Source: Roseibacillus sp. (lineage in GTDB: Bacteria; Verrucomicrobiota; Verrucomicrobiia; Verrucomicrobiales; Akkermansiaceae). Taken from it: a DNA stretch of 64,000 nt. The notes under the pieces are model-generated. The model searched no databases, was not told the origin of the DNA, and saw only the letters and a program-made list of their open reading frames with translations. Positions 10,054 through 24,624 of the stretch are shown piece by piece. The translations under genes and the position numbers were made by a program. Location of the stretch: the NCBI GenBank assembly GCA_051251855.1, contig JBPOGI010000002.1, forward strand, positions 512,001-576,000. Reading direction: 5' to 3'. How positions within the stretch are numbered: position 1 is the stretch's first letter; every line of letters begins with the position of its first letter.

Positions 10054-12806
10054 GGCAGGAAGGCAAACTCGTTAGAATTGATGAGGCTGCGGCAGACGAT
10101 GAGGAGTTCGAGGTCCTTGGTGACTTCGAGTTCATCGGCGGTTGGAGCGCGGGCTAGGAGAAGTTCAAAGGCGCGTTTGACTTGCGCTTCTTTGTCGTCA
10201 CCTGCTTCGGCGATGGCGCGGTCGGCGAGGTGTTGGGACTGGTCAATGACGAAGGGACTGTTCATCAAGTTGAGCGCTTGCAGCGGGGTGGTCGATACCG
10301 GGCGCTTGTCGCGAACTTGGCCGCAGTCGGGAAAGTCGAAGGCGGTGAAAATTTGGTCGTCTACGCGGCGCATGCGCTCTTGGTAGAGCATGCGACGCCA
10401 GGTTTGGGGGCCGTAGTTATCGACGACTTCCCATTGGGAGTAGGTCTTCTTGACGTTGTGAATCCGGAAGCTGCGGCCTCCGATGGTTTCATCGAGTTTG
10501 GCGGAGGCTTTAAGAATGCTATCGCGAATGACTTCGGCCTCCACGCGGCGGGGAGGAAAGCGCCAAAGGAAATAGGCTCCGGCGTCTTTGGTCATGGCGA
10601 CCGATTCGGGGGTGCTACTGCGTCGGAAGGCTTGGGTGTGGACGAGCATGCGGATGAGGTCTTTGATGGACCACGCTTGAGCGTCTTCGTTGGTGGGTTC
10701 GATGAATTCCGCAGCCAACCAGTCAAGGAGTTCGGGGTGAGAAGGGGGAGCGCCAGCGAGGCCGAAGTCGCTTCCGGTGGGGACGATGCCTGAGCCGAAG
10801 ATGTGATGCCAAACGCGGTTGACCATCACACGGGAGGTGAGAGGGTGTTCGGGTCGAACAAGCCATTGCGCATAGAGGAGGCGACGTTCGGATTCGGGAG
10901 TGTCGTTGTCCATGCCGAGTTCTCCCTTGAGGACTTCGAAGCCCGCCGGAGGGACGATGTCGCGTGGGGTTTCAGGGCTGCCGCGAAGGAGGACCTTGGT
11001 GACGACCGGTTTGATGAACTGGGCGATGAAGCTGTGCTGGGGTCCTTCTTCCTCGAGTTGCGTGAGAAGTTGCTGCAGTTCGTTCGAGGCTTTTTTCAGG
11101 TTTTGATTTTGATTGAGGCGACGTCGCGCGTCTTGGCTGCTGGCGATTTCACTCCAAGTGTCGTTTTCTTGGGGGACGAGGATGGTGATGGCGGGGAAGT
11201 AGCCCGTGTTCTTTTTCTCGAGGTAGTCGGTCTCGAAGTAGTATTCGCGATTGCTGCTGAAGTTGTAGCGATTGATTTCAACGGGCTCGGGGAAGCGGAT
11301 TTCTACCCAAGGTTTCTCTTGGGTCTCGGGGTGAGAGGTTCCTTTCCAAATGTTGGTGCCGTATTTGCCGTCGTTGGCCTTTTCGACTTCGCCGTTTGGC
11401 TTGACCATCAAAGGGTCGGTGACGAGTTGGGTGCCGTGCAAGGCGAGGGCGAGGTTTTTGGAAGGATTGTTGGGCCCGAAGATTTCGATTTCGTCGATGA
11501 AGACGTTCTTGGCTTGGAATTGGACTCGGATGCGGTCGGTTTTGGTGACGGGGAATCTCAATTCCGTGAATCCGCCTCGGTTTTCTTCCCAGACTTGGGC
11601 TTCCTCAGCCAATTGACGTCGCAGAGGCCAGATTTTCGAACGGATTTCCTTGGCGCGGACTTGCTTGGGATGGTCCTCATTGAATTCGGGGTAACGGCCT
11701 CCGAATTCGACTCCCTGCAAGATGGCGGAGAGCGAGTAATAGTCCTGAATGGTGATGGGGTCGAATTTGTGATTGTGGCACCGAGCGCAGCTGACCGTGA
11801 CGCCGAGAACGGAGGCCCCCAAGGTGTTGATCATCTCGTCGAGGCGGTCGGCGCGGGCTTGGCGCTTGGCCTCGGGTTGTTGGCCGACGGTGGCGGCAGG
11901 GACGTGGGGTCCGGCGACGAGGAATCCGGTGGCTTCGCCGACGCCGAGTTGGTCACCAGCGAGTTGTTCGGTGACGAATCGGTTGTAAGGTTTGTCTTCG
12001 TTGAAGGAGCGAATGAGGTAGTCGCGGTAGACGAAAGCGTTTTTGCGATAGAGGTTGGCTTCGGAGCCATTGGTCTCGGCCCAGCGAATGACATCGAGCC
12101 AGTGTTGGGCCCAGCGCTCGCCGAAATGATTGGAAGCGAGAAGGCGCTCGACGGCTTGGGAATAGGCTGCGTCGGGATTGGAGGCGAAGTGTTCCTGGAA
12201 GGATTCGATTTCCTCAAAGGTGGGCGGGAGTCCGGTGAGAGTGATGGCGAGACGGCGGAGGAGGGCCTCGGGTGCGGCGGGTTCGTTGGGGAAGAGTCCC
12301 TTTTCGGCGAGCTTGCGATTGAGGAAGGCGTCGACGGCTTGGGAAGTGTTAGAGAAACCATCGGGCACTGAGGGGCGCACGACGGGTTGGAACGACCAGT
12401 GGTCGGAGCCGTCATCGAGAGTGGCATCCATCTGCCCAGGCCAATCGGCCCCTTCTTCGATCCATTGTTTGATGAGGGCGACTTGTTCGGCACTCAGGGG
12501 GTCGCCTTTGGGGGGCATTTGATAGTCCGGATCCTTGGGCTCTTGAATGACCTCCATGAGGAAGCTTTTGTCAGGATGGCCGGGGACGATGCCTTTGAGT
12601 CCAGAGTCGCCTCCTTTGAGCATGACGGGGCGCTGATCGACCCGGAAACCGGACTTCACTTTATCCTCACCGTGACAATCGCTGCAGTTTTCCTCGAAAA
12701 TGGGCTCAATCTGGCTCTCGAAGTCAATGGGCTCTCCGCAAATGGAAGACGTTCCAACGCTGAACGCCAAGGCGATCCACGGGAGAAATTGAGAGGGACT
12801 GCGCAT
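10050..12806 (-). CDS. Planctomycete cytochrome c / DUF1549 / DUF1553 (PSD1) protein with inserted discoidin-like domain
   Basis: CSDCH and CARCHNHKFDP heme motifs; DHWSFQP, FGERWAQHWLD, RVMVNRVWHHIFGSGIV, PSHPELLDWLA, TTPLQALNLMN. Confidence 0.92.
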   Translation of the reverse strand: MRSPSQFLPWIALAFSVGTSSICGEPIDFESQIEPIFEENCSDCHGEDKVKSGFRVDQRPVMLKGGDSGLKGIVPGHPDKSFLMEVIQEPKDPDYQMPPKGDPLSAEQVALIKQWIEEGADWPGQMDATLDDGSDHWSFQPVVRPSVPDGFSNTSQAVDAFLNRKLAEKGLFPNEPAAPEALLRRLAITLTGLPPTFEEIESFQEHFASNPDAAYSQAVERLLASNHFGERWAQHWLDVIRWAETNGSEANLYRKNAFVYRDYLIRSFNEDKPYNRFVTEQLAGDQLGVGEATGFLVAGPHVPAATVGQQPEAKRQARADRLDEMINTLGASVLGVTVSCARCHNHKFDPITIQDYYSLSAILQGVEFGGRYPEFNEDHPKQVRAKEIRSKIWPLRRQLAEEAQVWEENRGGFTELRFPVTKTDRIRVQFQAKNVFIDEIEIFGPNNPSKNLALALHGTQLVTDPLMVKPNGEVEKANDGKYGTNIWKGTSHPETQEKPWVEIRFPEPVEINRYNFSSNREYYFETDYLEKKNTGYFPAITILVPQENDTWSEIASSQDARRRLNQNQNLKKASNELQQLLTQLEEEGPQHSFIAQFIKPVVTKVLLRGSPETPRDIVPPAGFEVLKGELGMDNDTPESERRLLYAQWLVRPEHPLTSRVMVNRVWHHIFGSGIVPTGSDFGLAGAPPSHPELLDWLAAEFIEPTNEDAQAWSIKDLIRMLVHTQAFRRSSTPESVAMTKDAGAYFLWRFPPRRVEAEVIRDSILKASAKLDETIGGRSFRIHNVKKTYSQWEVVDNYGPQTWRRMLYQERMRRVDDQIFTAFDFPDCGQVRDKRPVSTTPLQALNLMNSPFVIDQSQHLADRAIAEAGDDKEAQVKRAFELLLARAPTADELEVTKDLELLIVCRSLINSNEFAFLP

Positions 12807-12816
12807 CTAAAAGATT

Positions 12817-12843
12817 ACTGCCATTCCTCGGAAATACTATCGG
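12817..12843 (-). promoter_or_regulatory. Candidate ECF promoter, motif A
   Basis: CCGATAGTATTTCCGAGGAATGGCAGT ending 10 nt before ATG 12806. Confidence 0.65.
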
Positions 12844-12877
12844 CTTTAAAGAGAAATTCTTTGGGGAAAAGGGGAAG

Positions 12878-17902
<5,025 letters not shown>

Positions 17903-17906
<4 letters not shown>

Positions 17907-18454
17907 GCTGTTTCTTCGGGGCTGAGAATTTTCTTTTCCACGCACTTTTGGAGTTGGGCGCGAAGGCGCTTGAGGCGCATGTAAAAAGCGGCGGCGGTGG
18001 AGCCGGATTCTTCGGCCATTTCCTTGACCTTGATTCCGGACGTGTAGGCCATGGTGAGGAACTTGCGTTGTTGTTCGGTCATGGTGCGGAGGCAGACTTC
18101 GAGGGCGCGATGTTCGGCGCTGCGTTCATCGATTTCGTTCATGCCTTCGGCGGCCATAAGGTCGAGGATGTCTTCGCGAAAGACGAGGCGATCGCGGGCG
18201 ATTTTTCGGCGGTAAGCGAGGGCTTCGAAGCGGGCAATGACGCAGGCCCATTTCATGAAGTGGGTCTCGGGGTCGTATTGGTCGAATTTTCGCCAAACAA
18301 CGAGAGCGGTTTGTTGGAGAACGTCGTCGGCGTCGGTTTGGGTGGGAAGGAGGGAGCGAATGAAGCGCCGGAGGTCGGGCTCGTGGGTGGTGAAGACCCT
18401 GACGAACTCCTCGTAGTGATCGGGGGATTCGGCTGCTGACGAGGTTTTTGACAT
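17903..18454 (-). CDS. ECF sigma factor (Rhodopirellula/Verrucomicrobium, TIGR02989-like)
   Basis: FIRSLLP...ADDVLQQTALVVWRKFDQYD...FMKWACVIARF; C-terminal HTH AFYMRLKRLRAQLQKCV. Confidence 0.9.
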
Positions 18455-18466
18455 CTTCAAGATACT

Positions 18467-18493
18467 ACTGCTGCGGACGGGAAAAACTCACGG
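18467..18493 (-). promoter_or_regulatory. Candidate autoregulatory ECF promoter, motif A
   Basis: CCGTGAGTTTTTCCCGTCCGCAGCAGT ending 12 nt before the sigma ATG (18454). Confidence 0.65.
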
Positions 18494-18532
18494 ACAGAGT
18501 TCGGCTGGGGCCATTTTTTGGTTGTTTGGCTA

Positions 18533-18556
18533 AACCTTTGCCTCATTTTGGGCATT
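18533..18556 (+). promoter_or_regulatory. Candidate autoregulatory ECF promoter, motif B
   Basis: AACCTTTGCCTCATTTTGGGCATT ending 7 nt before ATG 18564; AAC at -35 is typical of ECF promoters. Confidence 0.55.
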
Positions 18557-18563
18557 GATAGAT

Positions 18564-19097
18564 ATGGAGGAGGCCGACGAAGATGAACAGGAGTTTGTAG
18601 CGCTCTTGACCGCCCATCAGGGGCCGCTGTTGGCGTATATCCGTTCGTTGATGCCGGGATTCTCGGGGGCGACCGATATTCTGCAGCAGGCGAATATCAT
18701 TTTGTGGCGTAAGCGGGAGACCTTTGAACTGGGAACGAATTTCAAGGCCTGGTCGTTCACGGTGGCGCGGAATATGGTTTTTACGCAGCGAAGAAAGCTG
18801 AAGAAGGATTCATGGCTGGTTTTTGATGAGGATTTGGCGGAACGGTTTGCGGAAGAGTTTGATGAAGACGATGAGAGTTTGGATCGGGCGCACCGAGCCT
18901 TGTCACAGTGCGTGACGAAGTTGCGGCCTCATGACTTGGAGCTTCTGCAAAAACGCTATGCGGAGAATGTGGGGCTGGACAACTACGCGAAAGATCTGAA
19001 TCGCAGTCCTGGCACGCTGAAAGCTCGTCTCTTTAAAATTCGGGCCAATCTTCGTCGTTGTATCGAGCGACAACTTGAGACCCCTGTGCAACAGTGA
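18564..19097 (+). CDS. ECF sigma factor (TIGR02989-like), second paralogue
   Basis: FVALLTAHQ...YIRSLMP...DILQQANIILWRK...GTNFKAW; LFKIRANLRRCIE. Confidence 0.9.
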   Translation: MEEADEDEQEFVALLTAHQGPLLAYIRSLMPGFSGATDILQQANIILWRKRETFELGTNFKAWSFTVARNMVFTQRRKLKKDSWLVFDEDLAERFAEEFDEDDESLDRAHRALSQCVTKLRPHDLELLQKRYAENVGLDNYAKDLNRSPGTLKARLFKIRANLRRCIERQLETPVQQ

Positions 19098-20530
19098 AGC
19101 AAGAATTGAAAAACGAAGAGTTGTTGCAGTCTCTCTTCGATGGGAGCTGCAGTGAAGCCGAGGTGAAGGAAGCGCAAGAGTTGCTTCGTTCGGATAAGAA
19201 GTGGCGGAAAATTTATTTGGAGTATAGCCGTTTGCATCATTCGCTTTGTGAGCGTTATGAAGGAGGGGAAGAGAAGGTGGTTGTGGGCGAATTCTCCGAG
19301 TCATCGGGATGGGACTGGAAGCGGTTCGCGATGATTGCAGCGGCGCTGGTGTTGTTGGGAGTGTTGGTAGTGTTTTTGATGAGGCCAGATGAGGGGGAGT
19401 CCACTTTGGTGGAATATGGCCCCGAATCGCGTGGCGTGATTACTCATGGCAATGGTTCGACGGAGAAGGAGACCCTGTTTGCGGGGTCGACTTTGAAGTT
19501 GGATCGTGGTGCGGTTTCGTTGATTTTTCCCACGGGGGTTTCAGCGTTGATTGAGGGGCCTGCGTTGTTGGAGATGCGGGGGGAGAACGCGCTTCATATG
19601 AAGAAAGGGCGAGGCTTCTTTAAGGTGCCGGAGGGGGCTGAAGGTTTTACTTGTACGACCGAGACCTTGGAGGTCGTCGATATGGGGACGGAGTTTGGAA
19701 TTGTAGCGGGCCGGGAAGATGAGGTTCATGTCATTAGCGGGAAGGTTCGTCTTCGTCCCAAGGATGGCTCGAGTGATTTTCAGACGTTCGATATTGGGCA
19801 AAGTCTGGCTTGGAGGGATTCAGCACTGGCGCTTTCGGTGCCGCCTCGTGATTTTGCTTCTGACTTTGCGGGAAGGGTGACCATTTTTGCAGATGATTTT
19901 GATGAGCCGGATGGGACGGAGTTAGATGGGAAGCGGCCTGATTTGGGTGATGGTCGTTGGAAGGTAACCGTGGGGAACGCAACGATTGAGAATCAGATTT
20001 TTGATACTGCGGGCGCTTATCGAAAGGCGGCTTATGTTTCTATCCCGCCAGTGTTGAACGAGTTGAGCCACGTGTTGCTTTTGACAATCGAGGCGGAGAC
20101 TTCGGAGTCGGCAATGCATACCCCTGGATGGGCGGGGGTGAGTCTTTATACCGGAGATGAGGAGCGTATTTTTGTGGGGGATCCGAATGGTCAGGGGATT
20201 AGTTGGGGGCTTCATCCCGCGGGATGGCAGGCGCAGAATGCGTGTCCCGACCTGTCGGGGGCGACCATTGTGACCTTGCGTTATGATTATCGAACGGGGT
20301 TGACGGAGCTTTTTGAAGGGGAATCGACGACAGGAGAAGCGCTGGCGTCGGAGTGGATTGCGCCTTATTTGGTTTTTGACCGCTTGCGCATTGCGAATGG
20401 AAGTCAGTTGGATGCGGCGCTCGATGCGGGGCTGGAGTCGGAGGCTCTTGATAGGACGCAGAAGGTGGATGTGCGCAGTGATATTGCGATCCGCAGTTTG
20501 CGGCTGGATGTTCTTAATTCGGAATCGTAG
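19094..20530 (+). CDS. FecR-type anti-sigma factor
   Basis: GTGA overlap with sigma; TM MIAAALVLLGVLVVFL; FecR motif VVDMGTEFG/VHVISGKV. Confidence 0.85.
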   Translation: MKQELKNEELLQSLFDGSCSEAEVKEAQELLRSDKKWRKIYLEYSRLHHSLCERYEGGEEKVVVGEFSESSGWDWKRFAMIAAALVLLGVLVVFLMRPDEGESTLVEYGPESRGVITHGNGSTEKETLFAGSTLKLDRGAVSLIFPTGVSALIEGPALLEMRGENALHMKKGRGFFKVPEGAEGFTCTTETLEVVDMGTEFGIVAGREDEVHVISGKVRLRPKDGSSDFQTFDIGQSLAWRDSALALSVPPRDFASDFAGRVTIFADDFDEPDGTELDGKRPDLGDGRWKVTVGNATIENQIFDTAGAYRKAAYVSIPPVLNELSHVLLLTIEAETSESAMHTPGWAGVSLYTGDEERIFVGDPNGQGISWGLHPAGWQAQNACPDLSGATIVTLRYDYRTGLTELFEGESTTGEALASEWIAPYLVFDRLRIANGSQLDAALDAGLESEALDRTQKVDVRSDIAIRSLRLDVLNSES

Positions 20531-21867
20531 TGGTGAAGCGAGTGAGGGTTGTCTTGTTGCTCGCTTTGGGAGTTCATTTGGTGCTCTTTGGGAGGGTGCT
20601 TGCTCAGCCGCCAGTTATTGCTCAGCTCTTTGACTGGAGTTTTGCCGAAATCTCGGAGGTGCTTCCAGAGTTGGAGGCGGTGGGCTATTCGCACGTTCAT
20701 GTTTCGCCGGTGCAAAAGAGCGTGGAGAATGGGCGCTGGTGGGGGAAGTATCAGCCGCTGGATTTTCGTGAGATTGAGGGTCCGCTTGGAAGTCGTGAGG
20801 AGTTGGTCGCATTGGCTGCGAAGGCGCGGGAGCATGGTATTACCTTGGTGGTGGATGTGGTGTTGAATCATATGGCGGGTTCTCCCCATGTGACGGTGAC
20901 GCGCGGGCGCTTGGTGGAGGCAGACTTTGCTGATTTTTCGAAGGAAGATTTTCATCCCTTTGCTCCGATTCATGATTGGAGTGATGAGAGGCAGGTGCGC
21001 AACCGTTGGCTGTTTGGGGCTTTGCCTGATCTGAAAACGGAGTCGGAGTCGGTGCGGAAGAAGTTGACCGCGCATTTGTTAGATTTGCAGAGCTGTGGGG
21101 TGGGTGGCTTTCGGGTGGACTCGGCGCGGCATATTCCGCCGGAGGATTTGAAGGCGATTTTCGCGGAAGTGGAGGAGCCCGGGCTGGTGGTGGGTGAGAT
21201 AGCGGAATGTTCTTTGCCGGTGTTCGAGCCTTACCTAGAAGAGTTGCCCGAGATGGCGTTCTTTGATTTTCCGCAGTTGGCCCAAGTAGCGGCCTGCCTG
21301 AGGGGAGAGGGGCCGATGAGTGACTTGTTGGAGGAGGGTGAAATTGGGCGAGAGTTGCCTCCTTCGGCTTCGGTGAGACTTTTGAGAAATCACGATTTGG
21401 ATCGTGGGGAAGCCAAGCGTGGTGAGGGAATTGATGATGCGAGGTATCGTGTTCCTGATGATGGTTGGCAGATTGGATATGTCGCTTTGTTTGGGGTGGG
21501 TCAGGGGATTCCGTATGTTTTCGTGGATCAGGTGAAGGCAAAGAAGCTTGTGGGCGAAGAACATGCCTTTGACCGTGAAGGTTTGGGGGAGGGGATAGCG
21601 TTCTTTCGCCGCCATTTTGGAGAGGAGACGCGGGCCTTTTGGTCAACCAAAGAAGTTTTGGCTTGGACGATTGGTGATGCGGCCGTTGTGGTTTTGAGTC
21701 GTGGGGGTAAGGTGAAGGTTGAGTCCTTCGCGTTGCCAAGATTGCAGGAGGGCGTCTATCGCGATGTCTTCTCGAGTGAAGAAGTGCGGGTCGTTGAAGG
21801 CGGCGTGCTCACCTTGCCGCCTTTGGATTCGATGCGAGGTTACGCTTTCGAGCTTATTGATTCGTAG
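20530..21867 (+). CDS. Alpha-amylase (GH13), secreted
   Basis: QLFDW, HVSPVQ, WWGKYQP, VDVVLNHMA, catalytic GFRVDSARH, VGEI, RNHD. Confidence 0.88.
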   Translation: MVKRVRVVLLLALGVHLVLFGRVLAQPPVIAQLFDWSFAEISEVLPELEAVGYSHVHVSPVQKSVENGRWWGKYQPLDFREIEGPLGSREELVALAAKAREHGITLVVDVVLNHMAGSPHVTVTRGRLVEADFADFSKEDFHPFAPIHDWSDERQVRNRWLFGALPDLKTESESVRKKLTAHLLDLQSCGVGGFRVDSARHIPPEDLKAIFAEVEEPGLVVGEIAECSLPVFEPYLEELPEMAFFDFPQLAQVAACLRGEGPMSDLLEEGEIGRELPPSASVRLLRNHDLDRGEAKRGEGIDDARYRVPDDGWQIGYVALFGVGQGIPYVFVDQVKAKKLVGEEHAFDREGLGEGIAFFRRHFGEETRAFWSTKEVLAWTIGDAAVVVLSRGGKVKVESFALPRLQEGVYRDVFSSEEVRVVEGGVLTLPPLDSMRGYAFELIDS

Positions 21868-22319
21868 CGAATCACTGAGAAGTCGTTTTCTTCGAGTAGA
21901 ACCTCCGATTGTTGGAAGAGATGTTCGTATTCGGGAAAGTAGGTGTCGCCTTCGTAAGCAGTTTTCACTTTGGTGACGAGGAGTTCATCGAGAAGAGGGA
22001 GAAACTGAAGGTAGATTTCGGCGCCACCGATGATGTAAACGGGGTCGGGCTGTTCGATTTCTAGATCGCGCAGTTCTTGGGGGGCATGAATGACGGTGAC
22101 TCCATCGGCCTGCCACGATGAATCGCGGGTGAGGACAATGTTTTGTCGTTTTGGTAGCGCGCGTCCAATGGACTCGAAGGTCTTGCGACCCATCACGATG
22201 GGGTGGCCGCTGGTGGTCTTTTTGAAGAAAGCGAGGTCTGCGGGGAGATGCCAAGGGAGGTCGCCGCCCGCACCGATGAGTCGGTTGGGGTCGTGGGCGA
22301 CGATTGCGGTCAAATGCAT
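21840..22319 (-). CDS. folA: Dihydrofolate reductase
   Basis: IG..GDLPWHLPADLAFFK, MGRKTFESIG, LPKRQNIVLT, IIGGAEIY, GDTYFP. Confidence 0.97.
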   Translation of the reverse strand: MHLTAIVAHDPNRLIGAGGDLPWHLPADLAFFKKTTSGHPIVMGRKTFESIGRALPKRQNIVLTRDSSWQADGVTVIHAPQELRDLEIEQPDPVYIIGGAEIYLQFLPLLDELLVTKVKTAYEGDTYFPEYEHLFQQSEVLLEENDFSVIRYESISSKA

Positions 22320-22409
22320 GGGCTATTCATGACGACAATGTGTCTTTTGAGCACGAAATTTCTGAGTTTTGAATTGGAGCGCTGTGGCTGAGTTGCGAGC
22401 CTCCTCTTT

Positions 22410-22733
22410 GTGACGGAGTTAGAGGGACGAAAGCCGAAGGCGGGGACGCGCAAATACAACGTGTGTTTGGCTGTCTGTGTGGTCTTCGGGATTGCCGCTG
22501 CCGCGAGGGAGCTCTTTGGGGAATCACTGGCTCTCTCGGTGATGGCTTTATTCTATGGAGCAGTGGTGGGTGCTGTTACCTACGTCTTTAGTCTTTGCGT
22601 GATGGTCTTGTTGGGAGGGACTTTGCGCGGACAGTTCGGGAAACAGGTCTCGAATGGCCTTTGCTGGATTCTCTTGGTCGCTACTCCACCCTTGGCTTGG
22701 CTGGTGGCGAGCGTGACTTCGGCCAGATTCTAG
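22410..22733 (+). CDS. Small membrane protein (about 3 TM), hypothetical
   Basis: 107-aa hydrophobic ORF filling the gap between thyA and folA on the opposite strand. Confidence 0.55.
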   Translation: MTELEGRKPKAGTRKYNVCLAVCVVFGIAAAARELFGESLALSVMALFYGAVVGAVTYVFSLCVMVLLGGTLRGQFGKQVSNGLCWILLVATPPLAWLVASVTSARF

Positions 22734-23539
22734 ACTGCTACCGGAGCCTTGATGTGAGGGTGAGGATCGTAGTCGGTGAGCGTGAAGTCCTCGAAAGTGA
22801 AGGCGTCAATGTCGGTGACGGCAGGATTGAGGGCCATCGTTGGCAGGGGACGAGGCTCGCGGGAGAGCTGTAACTTGGCCTGCTCCAAATGATTTGAGTA
22901 GAGGTGGAGGTCGCCAAAGGTGTGCACGAATTCGCGCGCTTCGTAGCCGCAAACTTGAGCGACCATTTGAGTGAGCAGAGCGTAGGAAGCTATATTGAAA
23001 GGAACGCCTAAAAATAAGTCTGCGGAACGTTGGTAGAGTTGGCAGGACAGGCCCGGTTTTTCGCTGCCGATATCGTGGACGTAGAACTGGAAGAGGAGAT
23101 GGCAGGGAGGAAGGGCCATTTCGTCGACGAGACCGACGTTCCAAGCGGAGACGAGGTGACGCCGGGAGTGAGGGTTGTTTTTGAGCTGATCAATTAAGCG
23201 GGTGACTTGATCGACTTTGCTGCCGTCGGGCTTCGGCCAAGAGCGCCATTGTTGGCCATAGACGGGGCCGAGGTCGCCGTTTTCGTCGGCCCATTCGTCC
23301 CAGATTTTGACTCCGTTTTCCTTGAGGTAGGAGATGTTGGTGTCTCCTTTGAGAAACCAGAGAAGCTCGTGAATGATGGAGCGGAGATGGAGCTTCTTAG
23401 TCGTGACACAGGGAAACCCCTCTCGCAGATCGTAGCGTGTTTGATGGCCAAAAACGGACAGGGTGCCTGTACCCGTCCGGTCGGTGCGGGATTCGCCGTG
23501 ATCGAGGACGTGCTGCAAGAGGTCAAGGTAAGGACGCAT
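22730..23539 (-). CDS. thyA: Thymidylate synthase
   Basis: [48 protein letters not shown]. Confidence 0.98.
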   Translation of the reverse strand: MRPYLDLLQHVLDHGESRTDRTGTGTLSVFGHQTRYDLREGFPCVTTKKLHLRSIIHELLWFLKGDTNISYLKENGVKIWDEWADENGDLGPVYGQQWRSWPKPDGSKVDQVTRLIDQLKNNPHSRRHLVSAWNVGLVDEMALPPCHLLFQFYVHDIGSEKPGLSCQLYQRSADLFLGVPFNIASYALLTQMVAQVCGYEAREFVHTFGDLHLYSNHLEQAKLQLSREPRPLPTMALNPAVTDIDAFTFEDFTLTDYDPHPHIKAPVAV

Positions 23540-23662
23540 GATGAAACTTGGTTGAGCCTAGAAATTGGAGAGGGGGAGTCGAGACGAGAGTTGTCATGCT
23601 TTGTCTTGGGGTGGACTCGGTGTCAACTTTCCCCTAGGGTCTCGCCCGAGGGAATTAGTTCG

Positions 23663-24574
23663 ATGAACAAAAAGCCCTTAGAGTCCCCACGAATCATGGA
23701 AGAATCGGAAAATAGAAGACCAAAGAAGAAGTTAGTCACTTTGTTGATGGAGATTGTGGTTTTGCTCTGTGTAGTAGCGATTTCGGGGGTTTTGGGATGG
23801 TTTATTGGCCGAGGGGAAGTGAAAAATCTGCGAGCGGTAACCCACCAGCTTGAACAGGAGCGCCGGACGGCTGCAGAGTTGAGGCAAGAACGAGCTGAGC
23901 TGCGGGAAGACATGCGGGTTTTGAAAGAAGGGGGCGTTGAAAAACAAGAGACAGATGTCGACCGTCTTATTGCTCGCAAGGAACTGGAGTGGAACCGTCG
24001 CTTAAATCAGATTCGCATTGAGGCCGAAGTTGAGAAGGTGAAGCGGGTTGAAGAATTGGAACGCGAGGTTCGTTTGCTGAAAATGGATGAGCGCATGAAA
24101 GAGCAGATGGCTCAAGGAGATGACTCGGAGGTTCCTGACGGCCTTGCGCAAGGACTCACGCCGAGAGCACGCCAAGTTTGTGCCGAAATGCTGGAGTGGG
24201 AGGGGTTGGAGTCCGATGCGTTGACAGCAGCGAGAGAAAAGCTTTCAAGGGAATTGGGTGCGCGCTCGTTGGTTCGTGTGAAATTTGGGAGCGGTAGTGC
24301 TCATGTGGGAAGCGATGATTTAGATGCTCTCAAGATTGCGGTAGCCGACACGAAGGACTACGCGCTTCTTTTGGCCGTTGGTTTTGCCGATACAGGAGGA
24401 GATGAAGAGTTGAATCGCGAGCTGGGGAGTCTCCGTGCGCGCAACACGGCAGACTCTCTACAAGGTCTGATTCGTCGAGGACAATTGGTCGAGTCGGTCT
24501 ATCTCGGCGAAACAGCTCGCTTCGGAGCCAAAGCCGAGAATCGAGCGGTCGAGATTTGGGAGCTTGAGCGGTAA
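23663..24574 (+). CDS. Membrane-anchored coiled-coil protein with C-terminal OmpA-like domain
   Basis: TM segment, long coiled coil, then VKFGSGSA...GFADTGGDEELNRELGSLRA...NRAVEI. Confidence 0.75.
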   Translation: MNKKPLESPRIMEESENRRPKKKLVTLLMEIVVLLCVVAISGVLGWFIGRGEVKNLRAVTHQLEQERRTAAELRQERAELREDMRVLKEGGVEKQETDVDRLIARKELEWNRRLNQIRIEAEVEKVKRVEELEREVRLLKMDERMKEQMAQGDDSEVPDGLAQGLTPRARQVCAEMLEWEGLESDALTAAREKLSRELGARSLVRVKFGSGSAHVGSDDLDALKIAVADTKDYALLLAVGFADTGGDEELNRELGSLRARNTADSLQGLIRRGQLVESVYLGETARFGAKAENRAVEIWELER

Positions 24575-24624
24575 GGTGAGAGAAGGCCTTGTTTCACAAG
24601 GCGCTCTCTAACCACGTCCCTGTG

